In this document: one piece after another, positions 1 to 9,087 of the stretch
Layout: every line of letters begins with the position of its first letter
How positions within the stretch are numbered: position 1 is the first letter of the stretch
Assembly (NCBI GenBank): GCA_964398115.1
Contig: CAYNLP010000003.1
Span: forward strand, 1 to 64,000
Length of the DNA stretch: 64,000 bases
DNA from: an uncultured Methanosarcinales archaeon
GTDB taxonomy: Archaea > Nanobdellota > Nanobdellia > Woesearchaeales > CAYNLP01
Direction: 5' to 3'
Translations under genes and position numbers: made by a program
The notes under the pieces: model-generated
What the model was told of the DNA's origin: nothing
The model's database searches: none
The model's input: the letters and a program-made list of their open reading frames with translations, nothing else

Positions 1-117
1 GAAAAACGCGGACCCGTCTGCTTTGTCAATGACTCCGGCTTTGGCTTCAACGGGGCGTGTTTCATCCCAGTCTCTGCCGTCAAACCTTTCTTCGTATTCA
101 GAATAATCTTCTAACAT
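1..117 (-). CDS. rrp41: Exosome exonuclease Rrp41, N-terminal part (runs off the window)
   Basis: Hand translation MLEDYSEYEERFDGRDWDETRPVEAKAGVIDKADGSAFF has the RxDGR...RP...G...ADGSA RNase PH start; follows rrp4. Confidence 0.92.
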   Translation of the reverse strand, partial: MLEDYSEYEERFDGRDWDETRPVEAKAGVIDKADGSAFF

Positions 118-124
118 TGTTGAA

Positions 125-838
125 TCACTCCTGTAATTCCTTAGTTCTTTCTTCTAAGTAATCTTCAATTTGTTCTGTGAGTCCAGAGACGTGTGATTCC
201 CTGGCTATTTTCTTGATAGTGTCAATCGCGACTACTTCGTTCTTGGGTTCTCCTTTAACCCATACAAGCCCGTTTTGTCCGACGATTATCTCGCAATCGG
301 TGTATTTCTTCACCATTGAGACCATGCTACCTCTTCTGCCGATAATCCTCGGTACTTTCTTACAGTTGACTTTCAAGATTCGGCCGCCTTTTAACTTCTT
401 CAAATTAGGGCCTTTCAGGCTGACGTCAACCTTGTTTTGGCTTGTGACTTGTGTGATTTTGCAAAATACGTAGTCGTCTAGGGCGAAGTAATTGCTTAAG
501 TCTTCACCTCGTTCGATGTATTTGTCGCTTGCATCTTTCAATCCAAGCATTGCAGTGTATGGACTGTTGATTTCAAGCCTCCAACCGCTCATCAAAATAT
601 CTGATACTTTTGCAATAATTTCATCATCTTCTTGTGGCAAGTACCTGCCAGCAAGTTGAATCGTTTTCAAAACTTTACCGTCGATGGTCAAAAGACCAAC
701 TCTTTCTGCTATGACTTTGTCATCTTTCCTGTAAGTGCCGTCTCCAGGGAGGTAATCCATTCCTTCAGCTAGGATTTCTCCAGGGACGACAACGTCCTTG
801 TTTTCAACCATTAATTTACTTTCGCTCATGATTTTCAC
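125..838 (-). CDS. rrp4: Exosome RNA-binding protein Rrp4
   Basis: VVVPGE N-terminus, S1 domain, KH motif KVPRIIGRRGSM, IIVGQNG; exosome operon context. Confidence 0.95.
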   Translation of the reverse strand: MKIMSESKLMVENKDVVVPGEILAEGMDYLPGDGTYRKDDKVIAERVGLLTIDGKVLKTIQLAGRYLPQEDDEIIAKVSDILMSGWRLEINSPYTAMLGLKDASDKYIERGEDLSNYFALDDYVFCKITQVTSQNKVDVSLKGPNLKKLKGGRILKVNCKKVPRIIGRRGSMVSMVKKYTDCEIIVGQNGLVWVKGEPKNEVVAIDTIKKIARESHVSGLTEQIEDYLEERTKELQE

Positions 839-844
839 CTTCCG

Positions 845-1564
845 TTATTTAGTTTTTATAACACTTGTTTGTACTTCGCCGTGTGTAGCGTCGTTTAACT
901 TATCGTATAATTCGTTTTCTAAACCTCCGGGGATTTCAACTATTCCTTTCCAACTTCCATCATCTAACCAGTCTTCTTCCACTATCTCCCCGTATTGTTT
1001 GACTGTACCGTAAAGTTTAGCGGCGTGTTCCCCGCTTAAAAGTATTTGTACTTGTTTAATTTCAAACTTTATAGGCAGTACAGGTCTTAACTGTTCTACC
1101 ACATCATTAACTTGATCTTCTACACTTTCTTCAATGGAGATTTTAACATTGGCTTCTTCCAACGCGTTTTCAATCCTTTTTCTTGGATGTGGCGTGTCAT
1201 TTTGTGGGTTTACACTGTATCTGTGAATTAAATCAACGAGTTTTTTCCTCTTTTGTTCTTGAACTTTCCTTCTGTACTCGCTTGTGACCTGAACTTCACC
1301 CTCTTTAATTATTTGTGAAGCGATTTCCAAACTGTCTTTCGTGCCAAAAACTTCCTCTAATAGGTTTTCAGAAGCAGATTCTCCTTTCTTCGCGTCATGG
1401 AAAACTTGTTCGCTTTTTAAAACTTCTCTAACGTCGTCAATACTTCCTTTCCTGTATTTCATGGCCAATTTGGGTTCGACCACTACTTGGAATTCGTGGC
1501 CGTGAGTTTTCAACCTGCCAAGATTGATTTTTTCTTTTTCCTTGTCGTAAGTTTGACCTTTCAT
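845..1564 (-). CDS. Ribosome assembly factor SBDS/Sdo1
   Basis: VFHDAKKGE and NPQNDTPHPRKRIENALEEA motifs; lies between psmA and rrp4. Confidence 0.95.
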   Translation of the reverse strand: MKGQTYDKEKEKINLGRLKTHGHEFQVVVEPKLAMKYRKGSIDDVREVLKSEQVFHDAKKGESASENLLEEVFGTKDSLEIASQIIKEGEVQVTSEYRRKVQEQKRKKLVDLIHRYSVNPQNDTPHPRKRIENALEEANVKISIEESVEDQVNDVVEQLRPVLPIKFEIKQVQILLSGEHAAKLYGTVKQYGEIVEEDWLDDGSWKGIVEIPGGLENELYDKLNDATHGEVQTSVIKTK

Positions 1565-2286
1565 TATGCTTTCTTCAACACTTTTTCAATTTTGTCTTCG
1601 CTGAATTTCTTCATTTCTTCATCTTCTTTTGTAACGTATGCTGTGTCAATCCTTTTCGGGTCGAGGTTTGCGTTGACAACTTCTTTTAATGCCTTGATTG
1701 CGAGTTCTAATCCTTCTTCAATGCTCATGTCTTCACTGTATTCCTCTCGCAAAATTTCTCGGACTTCTTCTTCTCCTTCACCGATTGCTGTGGCTCGGTA
1801 TTGGTTGTAAATACCGGTTGGGTCAGTTAGGAAAAGGTTAGCTCCGGTTTCATCCACTCCAGCAATTAAGAGTGCGACTCCAAATGGTCGGAGACCTCCA
1901 CTTTGTGTAGTTACTTGTTTTAAGTCTGCAATGTCTTTAACCACTGAAAGTACGTCGATTGGACTGTCATACGTAACGCGGTATTGTTGTGCGTTGACTT
2001 GTCCTCTTTCAACGAGTGCTCTTCCGTCGCTGATTATACCAGCGGCTGTTGATATTATGTGATCGTCAATTTGGAATATTTTTTCTACGGCGTCGGCAAC
2101 GATTAATTCATCACCGATTCGCTTGTCCGTTACTAGAAGAACTCCGTCGTCACAAACCATTCCAATGGCTGTGTTTCCAAGCTTTACTGTTTTCTTAGCG
2201 TACTCTACTTGGAGTAGTCTTCCGTCTGGACTGAACATTGTAATAGCTCGATCGTAACCCATCATTTGATGTTGCTGTTGTGGCAT
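1564..2286 (-). CDS. psmA: Proteasome alpha subunit
   Basis: GYDRAITMFSPDGRLLQVEYA and RPFGVALL signatures. Confidence 0.98.
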   Translation of the reverse strand: MPQQQHQMMGYDRAITMFSPDGRLLQVEYAKKTVKLGNTAIGMVCDDGVLLVTDKRIGDELIVADAVEKIFQIDDHIISTAAGIISDGRALVERGQVNAQQYRVTYDSPIDVLSVVKDIADLKQVTTQSGGLRPFGVALLIAGVDETGANLFLTDPTGIYNQYRATAIGEGEEEVREILREEYSEDMSIEEGLELAIKALKEVVNANLDPKRIDTAYVTKEDEEMKKFSEDKIEKVLKKA

Positions 2287-2290
2287 TTTT

Positions 2291-2635
2291 TTACCTCCCT
2301 ATGTATTTCTCTCTTGCTTTTTTGAGATTCCCGCTCAAGCCTTTCACGCGAGGCACTACTTGTTTTCCTTTAACGCCTCGTGTCAAGGCCATTGCAGTTC
2401 TGACTTTGTCTACCATATCGTGTGAAACTCTTAATATACCTTCTTGATTTTCTGGATGGTATTCTATGTCGAGGATTCCTGCTTGTGCGGTGTCGAAAAC
2501 ACCTAGTTTGTCTTTAACTTCATCTACTAAGATTTGTGATACTCCTTTTCCAAGAGAATCCTCACTAATTATTTCGTATGCTACAAACCTTTTGCGCTCC
2601 CTTAAACTGGGCGCCAACGGTTTCAACTTATTCAT
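2291..2635 (-). CDS. RNase P protein Pop5/Rpp14
   Basis: LAPSLRERKRFVAYEI start and GLSGNLKKA end; operon context. Confidence 0.9.
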   Translation of the reverse strand: MNKLKPLAPSLRERKRFVAYEIISEDSLGKGVSQILVDEVKDKLGVFDTAQAGILDIEYHPENQEGILRVSHDMVDKVRTAMALTRGVKGKQVVPRVKGLSGNLKKAREKYIGR

Positions 2636-2698
2636 TTTTTAAACCTTTTACGAGAAATATCCTCTCGCGTCTTTTTTCACTCAAGAATCAGGAATTAA

Positions 2699-3235
2699 AT
2701 AGACATTTATAAAGGTTATTGTTTTTACCTGGCTTTTCCTAAAAAGGATGTTATAAGTTTTGATGAACCTGGTAGTTGGGATTTTACTTCTACTATTTCA
2801 CCTAAAGACCCTGATAGCGACGCTGATGATGGCACTGTACAACATACCGTAAATGTTTGCATCGCAGCAGGAGAAACGTGCACGCACAGCGACTGCTGTA
2901 GCGGGATGTGTGAATACAAGGATGATACGGGGGATAGTGTTTGTATAAACAGTTGTCCGTCCGATCCAAATTTCAACTGGGATTCAGATGGTCATCCTAG
3001 CCAGTCTGATATAGGAGATTGTGACCCTGGTTTTGAAGTCTGTTATAGTAGTGATGATGTGTATGGTCCTTGTGATAGTTGGCCGCCTCATGATCTTGAT
3101 GGTCCTTGGTGGTTGGAGGAGGCTGGGCCTAGTGGTGATTGTGTGAATTTTGATGTTGAGGCTTGTGTTTATAATACGGAGTATGATGGTATAGTTTATG
3201 GTGAATATCTACCTATAACTTCTTATTCGTCTTAA
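2699..3235 (+). pseudogene. Probably 5'-truncated Cys-rich surface-protein fragment (Ig/PKD-like tail plus cystine-knot-like motif)
   Basis: Frame of ORF 2906..3235 stays open back to a TAA at 2696-2698 with no ATG, reading ...ISFDEPGSWDFTSTISPKDPDSDADDGTVQHTVNVCIAAGETCTHSDCCSGMC... Confidence 0.5.
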
Positions 3236-3245
3236 TTGTTGGGTT

Positions 3246-4793
3246 TTAGTTGTTGGTGTATTCGTCCATTCTGTGGTTGGATCCGAATGTTCTTTTTAGT
3301 ATTACTGAGCTGGTGAAGTTGTTTAGTTCTAGATTGGTTGGTTTTCCTGGTGGACATGCTGGTCCTGGTTGGGAGCAGTATATATCTTGTTCCGTCCTGT
3401 CTTCAGCTTCGTTCAGGTAGGTGTGTGTTAGTTCGTGATTCGTAAGATCATTGAGGTTTTCTCCTGTCCAGCGATGGTTTATTTTTATTGTTCCTTCTTT
3501 TGTGTTGGTTTCGGCTCCTATGCTGTCGGTTAGTATGATTATGTAGTCTCTTTTTGTGGAGTCTTGTACTATTTTTGCGTAGTTGTATTCGTTGTTGGGT
3601 CCGTTCCATTTTTTTATTGCGTCTTGCATTGTTTGTATTTGTTCTTGGGTTGCGCTGTCTGGGTGTATCCAGAAGTTTAGTGGTAGGCTTCCGTCTTTTG
3701 GTTCTCTTTCCAATATGTTTCCTAAATTGCGTGTTATTTTGTCAAACCAGTCTAGGTTGTTTTGGTATGCTGTGTCTTCTGGGTGTAGTGGTATGTGGGC
3801 GTAGAGTCCTACGGTGTGGTTGGTGTCTTCGTTTATTTGTATTGTGTGTGGGTTGTTTGGGTTTGCTATGTCGTACCAGGTTCCGATTGTGTCGGGATTT
3901 GTTTCGTCCCGCACTATTAGGGTGTATTCTCCGTTTTCTAGGTTGGGTATTGTTGCTTGTCCGTTCGTGTTGGTTCTTGTACTGTCGGCTTCGCCGTTTT
4001 TCTGGGCGATAACTAAGGCGTTTACTATGTCTACTAGGCCTACATCTGGTTGGGGGCTTGCTCCTTTTACGTTTACGGTTAGTTCTGGAGTGTCGGTTAT
4101 TTGTAGTGTTTGTGTGGTGGGGGGTGTTGATTTTCCTTGGTTGTCTTGTGCTTTCGCTGCTGTTTGTATATCTCCTGGTTCTTCGTATGTTAGGGTGGTG
4201 TCTATTGTGTTTCCTTTTATTCGTATGTTGTAGTTTCCGTTTCCGTTTGTGTCGAGGAATATGCTGTCTATTTTTGTGTTGTCTGTTGCGTTTACTTTGT
4301 GAGTGGCGGTGTCGCCTTCTGCTATGCTGTCGGGGGTTAATGTATAGGTTATTGCTTTTGTTGGTTGTATTAGTTTTGTTTCTGTGTTGCTGTTTTTTTC
4401 TTGGTTGTCTTTGGTTTGTGCTTTTAGTTTGGTTGTGTCTTGGAATGTTAGGGTGGTGTCGATTGGGTTTGTGGTGGTTATTTCGTAGTCGTTGGTGTTT
4501 TGGTCTGTGCTTAGCCGGTATTCTGTGATGTTGCCGTCTGGGTCGCTGCCGTCTACGCTCACATTTACGTCTAGTGGTCTCACGCCTTGGGTTGGATCAG
4601 CTTGTAGAGATACAGTCGGTTTTTGATTTTGTGGTGGTTCTTCTGGTGGTGTGGGCATGTTACCGTTTCCGCCTCCGCAGGCCATGCCAAGATATGTTAG
4701 GAGGGCGGTTCCTGCAGTTAGAGCCGTATTTTTCCAAGACTTGTATTTGGGTATTTCTTCCTTAACAGCTTCTTCTAGCTTTTCGCGACTCAT
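3246..4793 (-). CDS. Putative lipoprotein with PKD/Ig-like repeats and a C-terminal zincin metalloprotease domain
   Basis: Lipobox-like LGMA-C, Pro-rich linker, PKD-like DGSDPDGNITEY, prealbumin-like TNTNGQATIPNLENGEYTL, HELTH (HExxH). Confidence 0.75.
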   Translation of the reverse strand: MSREKLEEAVKEEIPKYKSWKNTALTAGTALLTYLGMACGGGNGNMPTPPEEPPQNQKPTVSLQADPTQGVRPLDVNVSVDGSDPDGNITEYRLSTDQNTNDYEITTTNPIDTTLTFQDTTKLKAQTKDNQEKNSNTETKLIQPTKAITYTLTPDSIAEGDTATHKVNATDNTKIDSIFLDTNGNGNYNIRIKGNTIDTTLTYEEPGDIQTAAKAQDNQGKSTPPTTQTLQITDTPELTVNVKGASPQPDVGLVDIVNALVIAQKNGEADSTRTNTNGQATIPNLENGEYTLIVRDETNPDTIGTWYDIANPNNPHTIQINEDTNHTVGLYAHIPLHPEDTAYQNNLDWFDKITRNLGNILEREPKDGSLPLNFWIHPDSATQEQIQTMQDAIKKWNGPNNEYNYAKIVQDSTKRDYIIILTDSIGAETNTKEGTIKINHRWTGENLNDLTNHELTHTYLNEAEDRTEQDIYCSQPGPACPPGKPTNLELNNFTSSVILKRTFGSNHRMDEYTNN

Positions 4794-4957
4794 TACTCTT
4801 TTTATAATTAATACTCTTTATAAAAATTTACTTTTTACTACCGTAAAGTTAAAATTATAGCTTTGTCGTGTTTTTCCGACTTAATACCTAACCAACCATG
4901 TTTTTTCCGGAATAAACTTGCAAGAAGATATATTAAAAGAATCAATAGAAAAACCCT

Positions 4958-5737
4958 ATGCTCAAATACGTCTACAATAAATTCAAACAATTCACCAAAG
5001 TACTCGCATTCACGAGCTTAATGGGATTTCAACAAGCACCAAGTGATTACGTCGTCAAACCCAAAGACACACTTTATGAAATAGCACAAACACAAGTTCA
5101 AACACTAAAATATGAGGAAGTTGTTGAAGAAACCAATCGTATTGCAAAAAACAATGATATGGGAACAATCCAAGAATACCCGTGGAGCGAAGGTTATGAA
5201 TGCATTGACGACCAAGACCCGAATTGTATATATCCAGGGCAAAAGCTAAAATTGGAGCGAGAGGAAGCGCCCCCAACCAACCCTCTTGCTCCAATACTAC
5301 CTCTAATACTAGGCGCAGGAGCCGTCGCCTACTCATATGGAAGAAGACAAAAAAAGGATTTAGATAACGCGTTAGAAGACCTTGTAAAATTCCGAAACAA
5401 ACACCCGCGACACTCCTTGGATCAACTCGTAAATAAAATAGAAGGAAACATCTACAAAGAAGGAAATCACTTACGACAACCTTTAAGGCAACACCTACGA
5501 CGATACAAAAAAGGAAAGACAAGAACAAAAATAGTAAGGTACGACCACCAACTCGCTAGCAAAGATATGAAAAAAGAAATGATAACGATGTACAAAAAAT
5601 CTGAAAAGAATTTAGAACAAGTAGCAGAACACCTAACCGAGAAGTACGGGATGAACATAAGCAGCAGCACAATTTCAAGAAGAGCGAGAAAAGAATTAGA
5701 AGTTAACAGCAGGGAAGAAGCCAAAAATCAGGCGTAG
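4958..5737 (+). CDS. LysM domain - transmembrane helix - C-terminal HTH-like protein
   Basis: YVVKPKDTLYEIA...DPNCIYPGQKLKL (LysM), hydrophobic PILPLILGAGAVAYSY followed by GRRQKK, and LEQVAEHLTEKYGMNISSSTISRRAR (HTH-like). Confidence 0.75.
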   Translation: MLKYVYNKFKQFTKVLAFTSLMGFQQAPSDYVVKPKDTLYEIAQTQVQTLKYEEVVEETNRIAKNNDMGTIQEYPWSEGYECIDDQDPNCIYPGQKLKLEREEAPPTNPLAPILPLILGAGAVAYSYGRRQKKDLDNALEDLVKFRNKHPRHSLDQLVNKIEGNIYKEGNHLRQPLRQHLRRYKKGKTRTKIVRYDHQLASKDMKKEMITMYKKSEKNLEQVAEHLTEKYGMNISSSTISRRARKELEVNSREEAKNQA

Positions 5738-7071
5738 CGTTCTCCTTCTCCGCTAACTCCTATAACTCTTTTAACTTCGGAAATCACGTGTTCAACTTCT
5801 TGTTCTGTTTCAGCTTCAACCGTTACGCGAAGTAAAGGCTCTGTATTACTCTTACGCACATTGAACCAATGCGTAGAAAAAGTCTTACTCACACCATCAA
5901 CGCGTAATGTTTCACCCTCAAACTCATCATCCACCTTCTGAATTTTTTCATCCTTATCCTCAACTTCAAAATTAACCTGTGTCAAAACCTTATCTTCATA
6001 TGGGTCAGCCAACTCCGCCAATGTCTTATCCGGCTTAGCCATACATGTTAAAACCTTAACCAAAGTGAGTAAAGCATTATCACAATAATGAGTTTCTTTA
6101 TGCTGATAATGCCCGCTATACTCACAACCCTGAACTCCTTCGTGCTCCATCAAAACATCCTTAACATTAGCATAACCCACCGGGCTAGGATAAGCTTCAC
6201 CACCACCCTCCTCAATATGATCAATCACACTCTTTCGATAGTTTAACACGTCCAAAGCAAAAGTCTTATTAGGTCCAGGATAATAATGATTACACCATAT
6301 TATAGCTATAGTTGAAGATTTAATCATACGACCATTTTCATCAAAGAAAACCGCTCTGTCACCATCCGCATCCACCATGAAACCAAGATCGTAATCTCCT
6401 TTTGAAAGTTCATCCTTAACTACCTCTTGACTCTCCGGCAATAAAGGATTAGGCTCGTGATTAGGAAAAGCACCATCAGGTTCAAAAAAGTATTTAGTCA
6501 CATTCAAATCTAACTCATCTATCAACTTATTCATGATAGGGCCGACACAACCGTTACTAGTATCCACCACCATCTTAACATCACCCAAGTCATCCTTCGC
6601 CGCATCCGACAAGAAATTAATATATTCATCAGAAAAATCTTCATCCACCAAACTCCCCCTTTCAGGATTTCCAAACTTTCCTTCTTCCATCAACTTCTTA
6701 ATTTCCAAACTACCCTTTTGCTTATTGATAAAGTCTGCCTTACCCCTGCACATCTTAAACCCAGTGTACTTGGGTGGATTATGACTTGCTGACACTATGA
6801 TAGCGCCGTCGAATTCGTCGTGTTTAGCACTAAGATAGTAAAGCAAAGGCGTGGTTATCAAACCTGCATCTACAGCGTCAGCTCCTTGATCAACTATTCC
6901 CTCGAGAAGTGCTTCACTAATGCTCGGACTGCTTTCTCTCGCGTCTCTACCAACAACGACTTTATCACTACTCGTGTATTGAACGAAAGCCCTACCTAGC
7001 TTATACGCGAAGTTTTCATCAATCTCTTCTTTGTAAACGCCTCGTATGTCGTAACTTTTGAAAACACTCAT
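5728..7071 (-). CDS. Phosphomannomutase/phosphoglucomutase
   Basis: FKSYDIRG, SASHNP (phospho-Ser), DADGDR, RKSNTEP. Confidence 0.95.
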   Translation of the reverse strand: MSVFKSYDIRGVYKEEIDENFAYKLGRAFVQYTSSDKVVVGRDARESSPSISEALLEGIVDQGADAVDAGLITTPLLYYLSAKHDEFDGAIIVSASHNPPKYTGFKMCRGKADFINKQKGSLEIKKLMEEGKFGNPERGSLVDEDFSDEYINFLSDAAKDDLGDVKMVVDTSNGCVGPIMNKLIDELDLNVTKYFFEPDGAFPNHEPNPLLPESQEVVKDELSKGDYDLGFMVDADGDRAVFFDENGRMIKSSTIAIIWCNHYYPGPNKTFALDVLNYRKSVIDHIEEGGGEAYPSPVGYANVKDVLMEHEGVQGCEYSGHYQHKETHYCDNALLTLVKVLTCMAKPDKTLAELADPYEDKVLTQVNFEVEDKDEKIQKVDDEFEGETLRVDGVSKTFSTHWFNVRKSNTEPLLRVTVEAETEQEVEHVISEVKRVIGVSGEGERYA

Positions 7072-7913
7072 AATTTTCTTTCCTTTCTAATACCTTTCCA
7101 ACCTTTAACGTTAATCTTATACTTTCCTTTCGCACTAGGATCAAACCATTGCCCGCTGAACGGATAGCCGAACAATTTTTCATCCTGGGCGAGTTTAGGG
7201 AACAAGTCATCTTCTAACTTGGCAAAGCCTTCCGGTACCAAATCGAGAACTTCAGGTTCCATAATGTATAACCCTGCATTAATTAAATTGGAAGGAGTGT
7301 TGCTAGGATCAGGCTTTTCCACAAAAGTAGTTATCTTATTGCCATTCATAACCGCCACTCCATAATCACTAGGATTATTCACCGTGGTTAGTGCAATCGT
7401 GGCAAAACCATCTTGTTCCTTATGGAATTCAAACATGTCCTTCAAATCAATATCTTTCAACTCATCCGCGTTCATCATAACAAAAGCTTCATCCAATTCA
7501 TCCTCAGCAAGTTTCAACGGACCCGCCGTTCCTAACGGGTTTTCTTCCTCTACATAAGAAATGTTTAACTCGAATTCGCTACCGTCTTCAAAGTACCTCT
7601 TAATATCTTTTCCGTTAGGACCTAAAGAAATTATTACATCTTCAACTCCGTGTTTTTTCAAAAGTTCAATATTATGATGCAAGATAGGCTTACCCGCTAC
7701 TTTCAACATACTCGCCGGTATTTGTTCACCATCTTTTTCTTCCGTCTCTCCACCTGCAAGGATGAAAGCTTTCTTTAACCTGTTATTACCTAACGCTTTC
7801 TTTAGCAAGAGTTCGAAAGCATGGCTTCTATTCTTAACTAGACTTCCATCTATCGTATCATCTACCTGCTCTAAAAGATCCTGATCTATTGTTAAAGTAA
7901 CCCTCTCTTTCAT
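7068..7913 (-). CDS. Ribbon-helix-helix domain fused to a sugar-phosphate nucleotidyltransferase-like domain
   Basis: KERVTLTIDQDLL...NRSHAFELLL (CopG/NikR-type RHH); ILAGG, EEENPLGTAG, FVEKP, INAGLY. Confidence 0.85.
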   Translation of the reverse strand: MKERVTLTIDQDLLEQVDDTIDGSLVKNRSHAFELLLKKALGNNRLKKAFILAGGETEEKDGEQIPASMLKVAGKPILHHNIELLKKHGVEDVIISLGPNGKDIKRYFEDGSEFELNISYVEEENPLGTAGPLKLAEDELDEAFVMMNADELKDIDLKDMFEFHKEQDGFATIALTTVNNPSDYGVAVMNGNKITTFVEKPDPSNTPSNLINAGLYIMEPEVLDLVPEGFAKLEDDLFPKLAQDEKLFGYPFSGQWFDPSAKGKYKINVKGWKGIRKERKL

Positions 7914-7972
7914 CCCAAAAACCTCAAATCCAATAACATATTTAAAATTTTCGTTTTTTGTATGAGGAAGTA

Positions 7973-8992
7973 TTACTTGTATTTTCTTAAGAGTGTTCTA
8001 ACCGCTTTCCTATCCCAACCAGCCCGCATCAAACTAACCCTTATATCCTCTATATGATGACCGTCACGCAAACACTCATCCACGTAATTCTGCATTATAC
8101 TACGATTTCTAAAACCAACCCTAAAGATTACTACACAGTCTCTGCACAAGTTTTTCAAAAATTCAAACTTTCCTCGACTTTCCAACTCAATCAAGACAAT
8201 ACCAACAACTATCAACACGCCTGCAATAACGCTAAAAAATAAGAGATTATTAGAGAAAGTCATCCCTATATTATGAATTTTTCTCTCTATAAAAGTACGA
8301 TTACCTTCGTTGTTCTCTTGAAATTGTTCTGGAGCCTTAATACCAGTTCCTTCTTTCTCTACTTCACCAGCCGCTACGATAAAGTTGCTTTCATCCCCTA
8401 CCACGATATCATGTACGAAGTAAGAAACTTTTAATTGAGTGTTAGCGGAAACATTATTCCAATTCCAAAAAAGTGAAAGAGGATTTTCACCAGCACTGTC
8501 TGGATTATCAACGAATGAAACTTCTGAAATATTACTTGCTGTTTTCTTATCTAAAAAATCCGCAATCAATAGACTTTGAAAACTTTCATCTGTTAAGACA
8601 GAAATAGTTCTTTTAGTTCTGTACGTAGTTTTCTCCACATTAGCATACACTGAGTTAATCTCATACACTTGTGATACTTTCTGATAAGTAACTCCTTCAC
8701 CTCTATTTAAAGAGTTAATAATTGAAGAAAAATCTTTACTGTAATTATTTTTTAACAAAATTAAACCACGCTGCATATCCTTTTCTAACGTCTTGTTCTC
8801 AACAGTATAAGAAGTCCCAACCCGTGAAACTATCGTATTGTTAAGTGTAACTTGTGAAATTCCTAACTCCTCTGGGTTGATAGTTTTCACAATAACTTCT
8901 TTCTCTGCCCTAGTAACATTACTTGAAATGTTCTGAGCATACGCTACAGGTATCAGAGTCAATAATAATATGATAAACGCTGTTTTTTTCAT
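7973..8992 (-). CDS. Hypothetical membrane-anchored secreted protein
   Basis: N-terminal signal peptide, C-terminal TM helix, cytoplasmic tail YVDECLRDGHHIEDIRVSLMRAGW. Confidence 0.7.
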   Translation of the reverse strand: MKKTAFIILLLTLIPVAYAQNISSNVTRAEKEVIVKTINPEELGISQVTLNNTIVSRVGTSYTVENKTLEKDMQRGLILLKNNYSKDFSSIINSLNRGEGVTYQKVSQVYEINSVYANVEKTTYRTKRTISVLTDESFQSLLIADFLDKKTASNISEVSFVDNPDSAGENPLSLFWNWNNVSANTQLKVSYFVHDIVVGDESNFIVAAGEVEKEGTGIKAPEQFQENNEGNRTFIERKIHNIGMTFSNNLLFFSVIAGVLIVVGIVLIELESRGKFEFLKNLCRDCVVIFRVGFRNRSIMQNYVDECLRDGHHIEDIRVSLMRAGWDRKAVRTLLRKYK

Positions 8993-9087
8993 CCCTCAAA
9001 CCCTCTAACCTCTTCAAAAAAATGTTTGTTCTTATATAAAGTTCTTATACAAAGTTATATAAATCCTTTTCATAGAAAAATATAGTA

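Noticed and set aside
3554..4860. Several long + strand ORFs rich in Leu/Val/Cys/Phe
   Set aside because: Antisense shadows of the lipoprotein gene; the G/T-rich, A-poor strand simply lacks stop codons
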